Made by a program: the position numbers and the translations under genes
From: the human T2T-CHM13v2.0 reference genome, Homo sapiens
Direction: 5' to 3' (one strand)
DNA: 64,000 nt
NCBI RefSeq assembly: GCF_009914755.1
Contig: NC_060926.1
Shown here: in pieces, positions 1-12,947 of the stretch
How the letters are laid out: each line of letters begins with the position of its first letter
How positions within the stretch are numbered: position 1 is the stretch's first letter
Notes under the pieces: model-generated
The model's database searches: none
What the model was told of the DNA's origin: nothing
The model's input: only the letters and a program-made list of their open reading frames with translations

Positions 1-2624
1 CCTCCTAGCCCATTTTCTGTGCTTATTTATTGTCCCCCAAACTCCTGCCTATGATTTAAAACTAAGTGTGAGTCTAGTCTGTTACAATGATATGGATTCC
101 AGATCTTCGGAATCAAAATGCTCCAAGGTTTAACTCACAAACTTGTCTTCTTTATTTTGCATTTTATGTGAATGCCTTTGGTAATACCATCATCGGTTGC
201 GCCGATGGAGGGAGCAAAGATCTCATGGTGTTGGTTAAAGGGAGTGTGGCCCAGGGCCTGAGGTCTGAGAAGGAGCTTATTCCTCGGCGAGGTGGAAATA
301 ACACAGACTGCAAAGCCCACCTTGGGGGCACCACAGAGGAGAAAGCAACCACATTACTGAGAGGCCACAGAATAACTGAGCTCGTTTAGGGGTGAGAACG
401 AGGCTGCATCTCTGCCCTTTCCCTCTCCCCTGCCCTCGTTCTCTCTCTCTCTCTTTTTCTCTTTCTTCCTTTCATCTGGGTCTAACTGGGCTCATTTGTC
501 TTCAGCATCCCTAGGAAACTTCATGAAACCAGTGTTATTATGGTCAATTTGCAGTTTAAAAATTCAGTGCAGAAAGGTTAAACAAATTGCTCAAGTTTGC
601 CCAGCCAATATCTGGCAGAGTCAACGGCACTGGAATTCAGATGTGGCTACATGTTTTGTGGTCTTTCTATTCTTTCTGATACATAAAGTTTTCATTTAAC
701 GAGACTTATAATGCATAACACGGTTTTGAAAGGTGAAGACAAAGTGAGGTGCACACTAAGGGGCAGCCTCCCCTGCAGGAGTGAGGTGTGAGCGCTCCCG
801 GGAGCCGGCAGCCAGCAGCAGGCTGGGCCTGAGGACAGAGCCTGTGATTCCATCCATGATTTACCAGTGCTTTCAGCTTTGAACACGCGTTAAATAAATA
901 GAGCTGTTTTCAAAATTAAATGAACAATACATTCTTTTCAGCATTTCCACCTAATTGCAATTCCTTTTTCTTTTATTCATGAATTCAATAGTCTATGCTT
1001 TTTGAAAACTGATATTCCCTGTAATGAAGCCCTGTGGTTTCACTGAGTGTCGGGTTTGAAATGTTGTAAAATACATGTAACACTCATCCCATTCAAAAGG
1101 TGTAGAAATGGATTACTAAGGGGTACTCAGGGGAGTTTTGCTTGAAAGCTGAGGCAAAATCATAGTTGATGCAGGTGAAAATATTTAATTTAATAACCTT
1201 TAATGAATAATTCAGTTTTCAGGTTACATGAAAGCGACACCTTTATTTGCATTACACATCTCTGCCCCCAGTCATGTCAATGTGTCTTTCCTGAATGCAG
1301 TTTTAGGATAAGGACAATCCTTGGAAATCCACCTTCCAGAAGGTTCCACTGTTGCGGCTTTGGGATCAGGAAAGGGGATTTGCAGGAAGGGACAATTGAG
1401 AGGGCTTCTCCCTGCTATGGAGACACACAGCTGTCTGTACTTCACGGGACCCCCTCCTTCAGATCCAGAAGACACTGAAAAGAAACGCAGGGCTTTGAAC
1501 CTGGGCTGGGGCTCCCGGGGCTGGGCGGCTGCTGCCTCTCGCTGAGGGAATCCACACTCTCGAGGCAGCACCTCGCAGAGCAGGTCACCTCGACTGCCCC
1601 ATGATGTCCACGAGGCTTGTTCCTGTCTTACTACGATCGAGAAGACAGCATGTGATTTTATGAACACCCCGTAAAGAAAACCTGAAAACCGTGTTCAAAG
1701 AAATGCCATTGAGCAAAAGGGCAGCTGTGGACCTGGCAGGTGGGGCCTGCGGTGCCTGAGGTCACGGCCAGCAGCCCCGGGAACGGCTCCGTCTCAAGGA
1801 CATCTTAAGGCCAGTAGGGGCATTTGGGACGGCAGAGGCCTCACCCTGAAAGTGGTGGTTTCCACAGCTGGACACGTCCACAGGACCTCAGAGGGGAGGG
1901 TCAGAGCTGAGAGCTGAGATCCAAGCCGCGGTGTGGGTGAAGAAGGAGCGGGCAGGGATCGCTCTCCGGGAGAGGCCTGGATCTGGGCCTGAGCAGAGCC
2001 GCTGCGGACCAGACACAAGTGGCCACGGCAGCCAAACCAGATTCCCGGATCCCGGCCGACGGCCTTGGAATCCGGGTCACAGAGCCTTTCTCACGCGGTT
2101 TTCATTTTGCCTGGCATGGATCGAGTTTCTTAGTCTACAAACGTACAAGGGCTCACTTCAAGGCCACAATCCATCAACACAGCCAGCCAGGCTCATGCTC
2201 TCAGTCAATTTTCTTACTTTAAAAACCTATTTTACCTCAGCCTGCAGTCCCTGAGATGGATGGGTGTGAGCAGAGCTGTGAGGAAAGCAGCCCCTACTTG
2301 TGAGAAACACCTGCGCCTCACTGGGCAGACTGCAGGTGCGACCCACGCAGCCTGCAGGTGGGAGGCGGGACCGGGCTGGCTCAGAGGTCGGGCATGGAAA
2401 GCCATGGCCGAGGCTGACATCCACTCACTCCCCCCACAGTCCTCTCAGCTGGACAGCAACACACACCCACACTCTCATGCCAGTTTGCACACACAGCCAT
2501 GATCATTGCACACACACGCACACACAGGCTGCTGCACAAGTCACACCTACTCATTCACACTCATGCACACTTACATGATAGATGCAAAATCCTTGTGTTC
2601 CAGGGGAGGATGTGAGGACGCAGG

Positions 2625-2875
2625 GGTGTGTGGCTGTCCATCCCACCGTGAGGGTGCAGGTGTGTCTGTACTCCTCCGTGCTGGGTCCTGGGGTGTGTGT
2701 GCAGGTGTGTCTGTCTCCACCTCTGCACCAGGTCCTGGGGTGAGTGTGTGGCTGTCTGTCCCACCGTGAGTGTGCAGGTGTGTCTGTACTCCTCCACACC
2801 AGGTCCTGGGGTGAGCATGCAGCTGCCCGTCCCGCCGTGCGTGTGCAGGTGTGTCTGTCTCTCCTCTGCACTGGG
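2625..2875. repeat. Degenerate GT-rich tandem repeat (~50-70 bp units, ~4 copies)
   Basis: Recurring GTGCAGGTGTGTCTGT(A/C)CTCC...GGTCCTGGG blocks; preceded by a CA-rich tract at ~2455-2580. Confidence 0.7.
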
Positions 2876-3185
2876 CCCTCACTCTGCTGCTCCCCCATTT
2901 TGTGGCTGGGAAAATTGTGATATCTGTGATTTTTCTCATCAGTCACAGCTGGAACTTGCACGACTCTGTCTCACACCCATTCACACAGCCGTGAGGACAT
3001 CGATGTGCAGCCTTGACCTCCTGCAGCACATTCATCAGGCTCCCGTCGCCGCTGGGCCATTGTCAGGGCCTGGTTGCCCACCTGGCTGAAGCCTCCCCGT
3101 CATCACACCCCTCACCGGAGCAGCCCCAACTCACAGGCTGTTAGTTGTCACCATCAAGCACACCAGAAATTTTAAAATGATTTCT

Positions 3186-3600
3186 CTAAGCCAGGCACAG
3201 AAAGGCAAACATTGCTCTCTCTCTCTCACTAATTTGTCAGATTTAAAAATTGAAACAATTGAACTCATGGACATGGGGTGGGGAAGGACGGTTGCCAGAG
3301 GCTGGAAGGGGTAGCGGGGCTGGGAGAGGTGGGATGGTTAATGGGTGCAAAAATAGAAAAATGAGTAAGACCTGGTGTTCGATAGCACAACAGGGGGGCT
3401 ACAGTCAGTAAGAACTTGACTGTGCATTTTAAAATAACTTAGGGAGTGTAGTTGGGTTGTTTGTAACTCAGTGGATAAGTGCTTGAGGGGACAGACGCCC
3501 CGTTTTCTGTGATGTGCTTACTTCACACTGCATGCCTGTATCCAAACATCTCACATACCCCATAAATTCATACACCTATGTGGCCACAAAATTTAAAAAA
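3186..3600 (+). mobile_element. L1 3' end fragment (L1MA-like)
   Basis: L1MA-type 3'UTR (AAGCCAGGCACAGAAAG...GATGGTTAATGGGT...GATAGCACAACAGGG...CATGCCTGTATCCAAACATCTCA) ending in an A-tail. Degenerate TSD AAATGATTTCTCTA / AAATCATTTATCTA. Confidence 0.8.
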
Positions 3601-5972
3601 ATCATTTATCTAAGGATAAAAGTGAAGTTCCCCTCGTTTCATGCAGCTTCTCTTCAGTGCTTTTGTTTTTCGAGATGAACCTTCCTCACTGGTATTGTCG
3701 GCACCAGGAGTCTGTTCGGGACAAGCTCCCGCCATTTCTCACCACTCCCAACTTCGGGGGAGTCTCTCTAAACACACGTGTTTTGTGGTATTCGGCTGAC
3801 ATTCTGACTACTGTAAGAAATCAATGCATGACATACAAATTCACGCAATTTTGGGGAGGGAGAGACTGCAGGTTATGCTTTCAAAAATTTTCATGATTTT
3901 AGATTGTTTTTTCTTTTTAGAAGTTTTCTTTTTACGTGAGATATTTGACTCAAGCATTGTTAAAAATGCAACAACATCATAAAAGTTTGGTGGTTCAAAA
4001 AATAATGATGACACAAAACTCTAGTGCCTCTACACTTGGACAGTTTTAATTTTTTAATTTGGTAAATCTGGTTACAGAAGCCAAGTGATTTTTCAGGCAC
4101 ACCAAGTTTTCAGCGCTTGGCAGGAAGTAGAAATGAACATGTCTAGAATTTTCCACCATGCAGACCTTCAGAGCATGTGTGCCTATGTCTCTATGTGTAT
4201 GTATACACATATGTGCAGACGTGTTTTTGTGTGAGTATGAATGTGTATCATGTGTGTACATGTGTGTTATTCATGGATTGCTTTTGCTAAGCAACAGATA
4301 ATGTAGTGATTCCAAAGGAGTTTCAAGCTCATCTTTATTCTTTTTTTATTTTGCTGAGTAAAAAGTACAGCTGTAGCGGAACGTCCTCCTTAACTCACTG
4401 TGCGAGACGGATGTCACACGGATGACTATAAAACGTAGCATGCATGACGTATGCAATTTATAGAAAGAAAACCAGATGGAAATAAAAGAAGAATAAAATT
4501 GGCATAAATGACCCCAAATCACACCTGAAACACACTCTGTGGCCACTGATGGCTTCGGGCGCTCTGCGTTCGGGAGGCCTGGAAAGTCCCAGCTGCGAAC
4601 ATCTCCGCGGCCCCGTGACTCGGTTCACCGCATTGCTCAGACATCCACACCTCCCGTTACTTTACCTTAAGCCTTGACTTATTTTTCACCTTTTAAAGTT
4701 AAGATCCGTGATCAGTGAGTGCCACTCTGTGGGGAGTCACGTGTTTGAGACGGGAATTTCCACAGGCAGCTGAGAGAAGAGGATGGAGTGGGTGTCCCTC
4801 CGAATGCTGGTGTCTGATGCCTCAGTGAAGGCGAAAGGGTTGATCCTGAGAGGAGAAGAATGAGCTCATTTGTGGAAGAAATGATAACTGCTGACCACAA
4901 TACAGGCCTTCAGGAGTGGTGCTGAGTCCAGGGAGCATGTATTAAATGCCATTTATGTGGCAAGCACAAAGCTAAGGACTGTCCAGTCTGTGGAGAGTAA
5001 ATCTCCTTCCTGCCTTGCAGGCTGACAAAGTCCAATCATTAGTGACCATTCATGCCAGGAAGGTGGAGCTGCCTCCCCAGATGCAAACAAATCCTGTGGC
5101 TTTTCCCTGGTAGCCTCGGTGGTGGGTCCCGGTGGGGAAACAGTGACAGATGAGGGTGATTCCCAGGGGTCCTGCGAGAGGCCATGGTCGGAGGGCTGGA
5201 AGGAGGCGGGAAAGGTGCTGGTTCATTCACAGCTCCAGGTGGGCTGGAGGCATCCAGGCGGGACTGTGCCTGGGAACACAGGTGCCACCCACGGGGAGCT
5301 GCTGTTCTAGAGAAGGCCATGGGCACCTCTGGGAACCCAGGAGACCCAGTGACCCACAGCTTTTATCACCTGGCTTCACAGATGGGATCTGGGACTTGGC
5401 AGTTAAACCGCTTAGGGAGGTCCCATGACTGCCAGGTGGGAGGGCTGGATTCGAATCCCAGAGGGAGGTCGCCTCCCCTTCCGCCATCGTATCCCCGACT
5501 CACTGCCTCTCCACCCTGGAGATGGGGAGAGGGAAGAGCTTCGGAGACCAGGGTGGGTGGGTGTGTCCCTTCACCCCGGGGACTGAGGCCTCCCTCCTCC
5601 CCGTGACATGTGACCCCCAGGGCCTGCAGGTGCCCAGACAGCCCAAGCTCACGGCACCCTACAGGGAAGCCTTTGATCAGGTATGGAAATCAGGGCTGAG
5701 AGTCGATATCCTAAATCAACCTTTAATTTCCAGAAGTGCTTTAAGGCCCACTTGAAAAGGGAAGGAAAAGGCAAAAGTTTATGGTGGGGGTGGGGAGTCC
5801 CGTTGGCCACAGCCTGGCCACTGTCACCACTTCAGATGGTCACTGTGGCACTGGGACCAGTGCTTTTGAAGGACAGACACACTGGCTGGAGCTTTGGAGA
5901 CTGACAACCTTGACCCCTGCCAGGCGTCCTAATTACAGCCTGGAGGCGCTGGGACAATGCACTCCCAGCTCT

Positions 5973-6192
5973 TGTTTGTTTGTTTGTTTTGAGACAGAGT
6001 CTCACTCTGTCGCCCAGGCTGGAGTGCAGTGGTGCAATCTCACTGCAACCTCCACCTTCCAGGTTCAAGCAATTCTCCTGCCTTAGCCTACAGAGTAGCT
6101 AGGACTGCAGGTGGGTGTCACCACACCCAGCTAATTTTTGCCTCGGCCTCCCAAAGTGCTGAGATTACAGGTGTGAGCCACCGTGCCCGGCT
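5973..6192 (-). mobile_element. AluS with internal left-arm deletion
   Basis: (TTTG)n tail, then right arm, then CTAATTTTTG joins directly to CCTCGGCCTCCCAAAGTG. Perfect TSD ACTCCCAGCTCT at 5961-5972 and 6195-6206. Confidence 0.92.
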
Positions 6193-8485
6193 AAACTCCC
6201 AGCTCTAATTCCGGTTTCTCTCTGGAGTTTTGTTCTCCTCAGTTGTTGACTCAGCAAAGATGAATCCAACCTTTTAGAGAATAAAAGTCAATGGGGTTCA
6301 TTCCACCAGCCAACTGAAGCAGAGAGGGTGCGAACGAGGAACATCCCACACAGAAAATTGAGACCCACAGAGGACAGAGGGGCCCCAGACACCTGGGGCC
6401 GCTGAGTCTGCAGAAAGTGAATCCAGCCTGCAGGGCTGAGGCTGCTCAGATGTAGCAAAACTTGAAACGCCACTGTTGAGTTTTCTTCCCGGGGAGGATG
6501 GACCCAAGAGGCCGTTCCCCACTTGGACGGCAGCCAGTGGTTTGCACCCCAGATAGTGGCCCTGGCTGAAGGGTCATCTGTGTCCATGCACCCCACGTAC
6601 AGTTACAGACACACACGTGACCTAATGTGAGGAGGAGAGAGGTGCAGAGCCCACAGGAGGGAGAGCTCAGCGGGAATTGATGGAGAGGAGGACTCAGCTC
6701 CCTGTGGCCCAGACCTGGCTGACCATGTGATGGCCGCTCTCCGCCCATGCTGGGGGACACAGGCAGGTGGTGTCCGCCCCACGCCTGTCCAGCGGAGTCT
6801 TACTACCAAGCATGCCCCAGGTTTACCTGCCCAATCTCAGGTGCTGCAGCAGTGACCTGTCCACCCACTGTGAGCTGCTGGAGCCCTGGTACGGGTCCTT
6901 CAGCCTCTGCACTGAAGCTTCCTTATGTCGTGTCAGCAGCAGGCTGGGCGCACTGCCGTCAGGATGAAGAGCATTGCCCTGGGTACACCTGGGCAGAGCA
7001 GAGGTGTTGGCTCCTGCCGATCACACGCCTGTGGAGGACCCAGCTGCCCTGCAGACGCGCCTGTGCATGCGTGGAGCATCATGAGGGTCACTGGGCAGTG
7101 CACACTCCTAGGCACAGCCACTGAGAGTCCGCTGCTCGGTGAGGACAGCATGGATGAGGGGCTCAAACAGGGGCCTCCCAGCCAAGCCAGGCATGTGGAG
7201 GAAAGTGAGGGCTTCAGCCAGCTGTCAGGCCCCTGGCTGGTGACACAGGAACCCTGGACCCTGCCGGTGGGCCCAGAGCAGCGATCCTGGAGCACCATGG
7301 TCAGGACACCTCTGCGCCAACAGCTTGGCTGCCGGCCACACCCCGGCCGAGGCGGCCTTCCCTCCCCCAGGCTTCGCTCACTCCAGACAGATTTCTTCCT
7401 GACTCGGGTGTCAACCTCCCCTGTCCAGAGCACTGACTTTGGAAAACGTAAAATTGTAAACTCTCTCTGCCTCTTCCAGGTGTAAATCTTCTTCCAGCCA
7501 CTGGCCAGTTCCACAGCCCAGGAAATGTCCTTCTTCAGGCCTGGGAGCTGCCTTGGAAAATGAGGCATCGAGAAAGAAATGGCCCAGCCCCCCAAGCCCT
7601 GTGGAGGGTTAGGGGGCCTCTGAGGAGGGTTAGGGGGCTGGCCCCCTGCTGAGGCCTCCAGGGCTCTCCCACCTGCTCGGTGGCCCCTCAGGCTCCTCAG
7701 CCCTCCTGCCATGTGCTGCAGAGGAGCTGGGGGCTCTCCCTTACCGCATGGTCTTGAATAAAGCCTTTCTTGCTTGTTTAAAACCGTCTGATACAATTTT
7801 TGTCACTCCAATTACCTGTTCTCATAAGAGACTGTGCATTGGGGTGGTCATCCACACCCTGTGGGTGGAGGCGGGGTCCTGAGGCCCACCTGCATCCGTC
7901 CCCAGGGTGCACACAGAGAGTTTTGGGGTCACCAAAGAAGCATCCACTCGACACTAAGAAATAAAGGATGAAAAAAGCAACACCTACAAAATTTAAAAAT
8001 AAAGGTAAACGAAATGGCACCTAAGAGTGTGATTAACATAAACGAGAATAACAGATGTGCACACATGCACGTGTCCGCCCTCCCAGGTAGAGACACCCCT
8101 AAATCACATCAGAACCTTCTACAGGGCCAGAGCGGTGACAGCAAGGGACACAGAGAATGGGGATGAAGGGAAAGGACAAAGAAACCCACCTGGAACAATG
8201 GGTTACCTTGGTGGAGACAGCATCCTGTCTGGTGGGGCAACCGGGGCAGTGACCCCTCCAGGTACCTAGGCAGAGAGTCACACAAGGGGCTGAGAACCCA
8301 CAATATGAGAGGGTGGGTTCTCGGCTGAGCTCCAGGAGTGATTTGGGGATTAAGAGAATGGCCACATCAGGAACCCCACCCCTGAGGTCCCCTGGCCCCC
8401 ACCATGCTGCATTCCTGGGTCATTCCAGGCCCTAGCTGCTGTTGCCACCCCTGCTGCTGCAGAAACCCGGGTCCCATTTAAACCC

Positions 8486-8836
8486 TGATATGGTTTGTCA
8501 GTTTCACCACCCAAGTCTTATCTTGAACTGTAGCTCCCACAATTCCCATGTGTTGTGGGAGGGACCTGGTGGGAGGTGATTGAATCATGTGGGCAGGTCT
8601 TTCCTGTACTGTTCTCATGATGGTCTCATGAGATCTCATGGCTTTCTAAGGAGGAGTTTCCCTGCACAAGCTCTCTTCTCTTGCCTGCCACCATGTGAGA
8701 CGTGTCTTTCACCTTCTGCCAGGATTGTGAAGCCTCCCCAGTCAAGTGGAACTGTAAGTCCAATAAGCCTCTTTCTTTTGTAAATTGCCCAGTCTCGCGT
8801 GTGTCTTTCTCAGCGTCATGAAAATGGACTAATACA
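8486..8836 (+). mobile_element. THE1 solo LTR (ERVL-MaLR)
   Basis: Begins TGATATGGTTTG and ends GGACTAATACA, ~350 bp. Near-TSD AACCC / AACTC. Confidence 0.9.
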
Positions 8837-9232
8837 AACTCCCTCTGGTGAGGGCCAGTTGTGGCTGCTCAGCCGCTGTGGAAACCTGGGTTCACTGCCG
8901 CAGACTCAGTGGTGTTTCCAATTCCAGTTCTGGCCTGAGAGGTGATTGATGGGCTTTTGATCATAGAGTTAGAAATACACACATTTATATTAAGAAAGTA
9001 GCCAAGAAGCCACCACTGTGTGCCCCATAAAAAGTAAATGCTAATTTTTTTGTGAGAGAGCCGAGATCTCTGATGTGGCGTTTGGAACATGGAACCACTT
9101 GACAGGAAGGCAAGGCCCCAAAATGCAGCCCTGATGGAAGCTCAAACATCCTGGCAGGCAACAGAGCAGCAGAAATAGAAAAGGAGAAAAATAACAGAAA
9201 ACCAAACGAGGAGCCACGGAGAAAGAAACCCA

Positions 9233-9566
9233 GGACGGAGCAGGTGCGGCTGTTACCTGAGGACGGAGCAGGTGCAGCTGTTACCTGAGGACTGAGCAGG
9301 TGCGGCTGTTACCTGAGGACGGAGCAGGTGCGGCTGTTACCTGAGGACGGAGCAGGTGCGGCTGTTACCTGAGGACGGAGCAGGTGCGGCTGTTACCTGA
9401 GGATGGAGCAGGTGCGGCTGTTACCTGAGGATGGAGCAGGTGCGGCTGTTACCTGAGGATGGAGCAGGTGTGGCTGTTACCTGAGGATGGAGCAGGTGTG
9501 GCTGTTACCTGAGGATGGAGCAGGTAGTGGCTGTTACCTGAGGATGGAACAGGTGTGGCTGTTACC
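9233..9566. repeat. 28-bp minisatellite, ~12 copies
   Basis: Unit GGA(C/T)GGAGCAGGTG(C/T)GGCTGTTACCTGA repeated head-to-tail. Confidence 0.97.
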
Positions 9567-10281
9567 CATGAACTAAATGCAGCTCCACATCAGAGAAGAG
9601 AACACAGTGAATACAGCAGTGCTTGAATTAACAAACTTCACATTTAGAAACATACCTTCTATAGTCACAATTTCATTTGCCAAATTAGATACGCTTTGCT
9701 GACACTTGTGTAGGTTTTATTGCTTTGGATGAAGGCAATCTATCATAGCATAATCGGTTTTGCCCTCCCACGGAGCTTCTCAGGACACTGTTTAATCAGA
9801 CTTCCTTAAAGCTCCCCTAAAAGAGGTCTCCTCCCTCCCCGATACTGACATCTGAGAAACCCAAGCTGCTCACACAAATTCAAGATATTCATCATCTTTC
9901 CCAAATTTATGGCTCTGGCTCCTTTCACACCCTGACATGGGGCATTTTGGTCGGCAATGCCCTCCCAACCCCAGTGCCACCTCTGATCAAATTCCACCTG
10001 GTTCCTTAGCTTTCCTTTCCCATAAATATCATCGAAACACTCAGCTTGCCTCCTGATGGAGAGAGTGATTTTATGCAAATTTCCTTACTCATCATTAATT
10101 TTAAAGACCAACATTCATCAAGGAAGAAAAACTGTTTCTAAAAGGCACACACATCTTATATAAAACATTGCTTAATACAAGAAGATCTGATTTTGTGGGA
10201 ACCATTGCTTTGAAGTGGTTTCTATATCCAGTAATTTGATGCTATTCTGTGGGACTTTAAGACAGAGAGCCTCTGCTAGCA

Positions 10282-10381
10282 GAACTGGGGCGGGCACACA
10301 GGGAACTGGAGTGGGCCCGTAGGAAACTGGAGTGGGCACACGGGGAACTGGGGTGGGCACACGGGGAACTGGGGTGGGCAC
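10282..10381. repeat. 21-bp minisatellite, ~5 copies
   Basis: Unit GGGGAACTGGGGTGGGCACAC with variants. Confidence 0.9.
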
Positions 10382-11050
10382 GCAGGTTCAGAGCTGCCCA
10401 CGTTTGTTCTCAGCTTGCACATCCCAGAATGCATTTTCACATCACGCTGTAACAATTACAGACGCCCTTCACAAGGTAAGGGCTGATAAATGTGCAATTC
10501 CGGGGAGTCTGAAATGAACATCTGGAAAGGAGAAGGCAGCCTGGCCAAATGAATGTGCTCATCAGACACACTCGCCAAGGTCTCCCTCATCTGGCAACCT
10601 TGTTCCTCCTAGAAGCAGGGGCCCCTCAGAGCCGCCAGAAGTTGGGGAGGGGCCTCCATAGACATCTGGCTGAGGCTTCACTCTGAGCCTCCTTAGCCAT
10701 CAGCAAAGGGGAGTGGGGATGCAGCGAGCCTGGACCTTCCTGCAGGATGCAGCACGGGGGGGTGCGGGGTCACCTGTGGCCCCCCAAGCCCAGCTGTGGA
10801 AACCTGAGTTCATCCCTAACAGGAGCTGGGCTTCCCTTGGGATCTTCTTTCCTGACACACACTCCATGTCAAGGGGTCGCTAACACAGGACTGGCTTGGT
10901 GTCAGAAATAGCTGCAACCTTTTTGCACCCCTTCAATATGCAAAATCAGGGAGACAGTCACCGGAACTCTCCACACCCAGCGTCACCTCCACACAGACCC
11001 CACAGGGGCCCTCAGTCCAGCCTTGTGGACAAGTCCCCAGGCTGTTATGG

Positions 11051-12617
11051 TGTCAGAGGCAAAATTACAACAAATCTAGTTTAAAGACTGAATTGGCTTC
11101 TATTTGTGATTCTAGACTTGGGAACACCTGGCCTTGGAAGCAGGATGGGTGCAGTCAACTGAGCGATGGTGTCCCATGAACTGAGCGATGGTGTCCTGTT
11201 AACTGAGCAATGGTGTTTCGTGAACTGAGTGGGGGTGTCCTGCAAACTGAGCAGGGTTGTCCTGTGAACTGGGTGGGGTGTCCTGTGAACTGAGTGGGGG
11301 TGTCCCATGAACTGAGCGATGGTGTCCCGTGAACTGAGTGGGGGTGTCCCGTGAACTGAGTGGGGGTGTCCTGTGAACTGGGTGGGGTGTCCCGTGAACT
11401 GAGTGGGGGTGTCCTGCAAACTGAGCAGGATTGTCCTGTGAACTGGGTGGGGTGTCCTGTGAACTGAGTGGGGGTGTCCCGTGAACTGAGTGATGGTGTC
11501 CCGTGAACTGAGTGGGGGTGTCCCGTGAACTGAGTGGGGGTGTCCTGTGAACTGAGTGGGGGTGTCCCGTGAACTGAGCGATGGTGTCCCGTGAACTGAG
11601 TGGGGGTGTCCCATGAACTGAGTGGGGTTGTCCCGTGAACTGAGCGATGGTGTCCCGTGAACTGGGTGGGGTGTCCCGTGAACAGAGTGGGGGTGTCCCG
11701 TGAACTGAGCGATGGTGTCCCGTGAACTGAGCGATGGTGTCCCGTGAACTGAGTGGGGGTGTCCCATGAACTCAGTGGGGGTGTCCCGTGAACTGAGCAA
11801 TGGTGTTTCGTGAACTGAGTGGGGGTGTCCCATGAACTGAGCGGGGGTGTCCTGCGAACTGAGCGGGGGTGTCCCATGAACTGAGCGGGGGTGTCCCGTG
11901 AACTGAGTGGGGGTGTCCCATGAACTGAGCGGGGGTGTCCCGTGAACTGAGCGATGGTGTCCCGTGAACTGAGCGGGGGTGTCCCATGAACTGAGCGATG
12001 GTGTCCCGTGAACTGAGTGGGGGTGTCCCATGAACTGAGCGGGGGTGTCCTGCGAACTTAGCGGGGGTGTCCCGTGAACTCAGTGGGGGTGTCCCGTGAA
12101 CTGAGCAATGGTGTTTCGTGAACTGAGTGGGGGTGTCCCATGAACTGAGCGGGGGTGTCCTGCGAACTGAGCGGGGGTGTCCCATGAACTGAGAGGGGGT
12201 GTCCCGTGAACTGAGCAATGGTGTTTCGTGAACTGAGTGGGGGTGTCCCATGAACTGAGCGGGGTTGTCCCGTGAACTGAGCGGGGGTGTCCCGCGAGCT
12301 GAGCGATGGTGTCCCGTGAACTGAGGCTCTGCAGATAGAAGAGCCTCTGGAGAGCAGGAATGAAACACAGAAGGCAGGTGGGTCGTTTCCAGGCTACTTT
12401 CCTTCAAGGGTTAAAAAATAGAGGGCTTCTGTGTTAGGTGGACTCAGGTTGATTTCAATGGCCTGAGATTTTTTGAAAACTGTCCATTTCCAACGTCAGT
12501 TTGGTGATGTGGGCCTTAGCACAGGGGACTCCATTCTGGCTTGGTCGGTTCTGCTGGGCCTAGACCAGGACACTATCCAAAGGCTGGTCCAAAGTTGTTA
12601 ACCAATTTTGTTTAATA
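11051..12617 (-). mobile_element. MER31-like ERV1 LTR interrupted by a minisatellite
   Basis: Left part TGTCAGAGGCAAAATTACAACAAATCTAGTTTAAAG...; right part ...GACTCCATTCTGGCTTGGTC...GGGCCTAG...AATTTTGTTTAATAA. Both resemble the recalled MER31 consensus in reverse. Confidence 0.65.
11155..12325. repeat. 21-22 bp minisatellite, ~53 copies
   Basis: Unit TGAACTGAG(T/C)G(GG/AT)GGTGTCCC(G/A) with several interspersed variant types. Confidence 0.97.
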
Positions 12618-12947
12618 ACCGCATTATTGCATACTATGGAGATTAATTTGGTATTAATTTGCAGTAGTTTGCTTTAAGATACGATTTTAATTACATTCTC
12701 CAGAACAACCACTGAGCAAGTAAATTAAAAAGGAGTAAAAGAAACATCAAAATAATTAAAATTGTATAAATGAAATATCTGTTTAACATAAAAGTAGGCA
12801 GTAAAAGAAGAGTAAAGAAACAAAACAGATACAAGCCATAGAGAAAACAACTGGTAAAACAGTGGACGCAAATCCCACCTTTTCAGTGATCACATTCAGT
12901 GGAATCGCGGCCAGAAAGCAAAGGGCGGCAGAACAGGAAGCAGCGCA

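Noticed and set aside
7604-7637. Interstitial telomeric repeat
   Set aside because: Only two separated TTAGGG hexamers within a ~21-bp duplication.
6925-7796. Overlapping 186 aa (+) and 287 aa (-) ORFs, with AATAAA at 7757
   Set aside because: No recognisable domain, non-ATG starts and composition typical of GC-rich chance ORFs. A non-coding transcript is not excluded.
11081-12407. 211-316 aa repetitive ORFs on the minus strand
   Set aside because: Translations of the 22-bp minisatellite.
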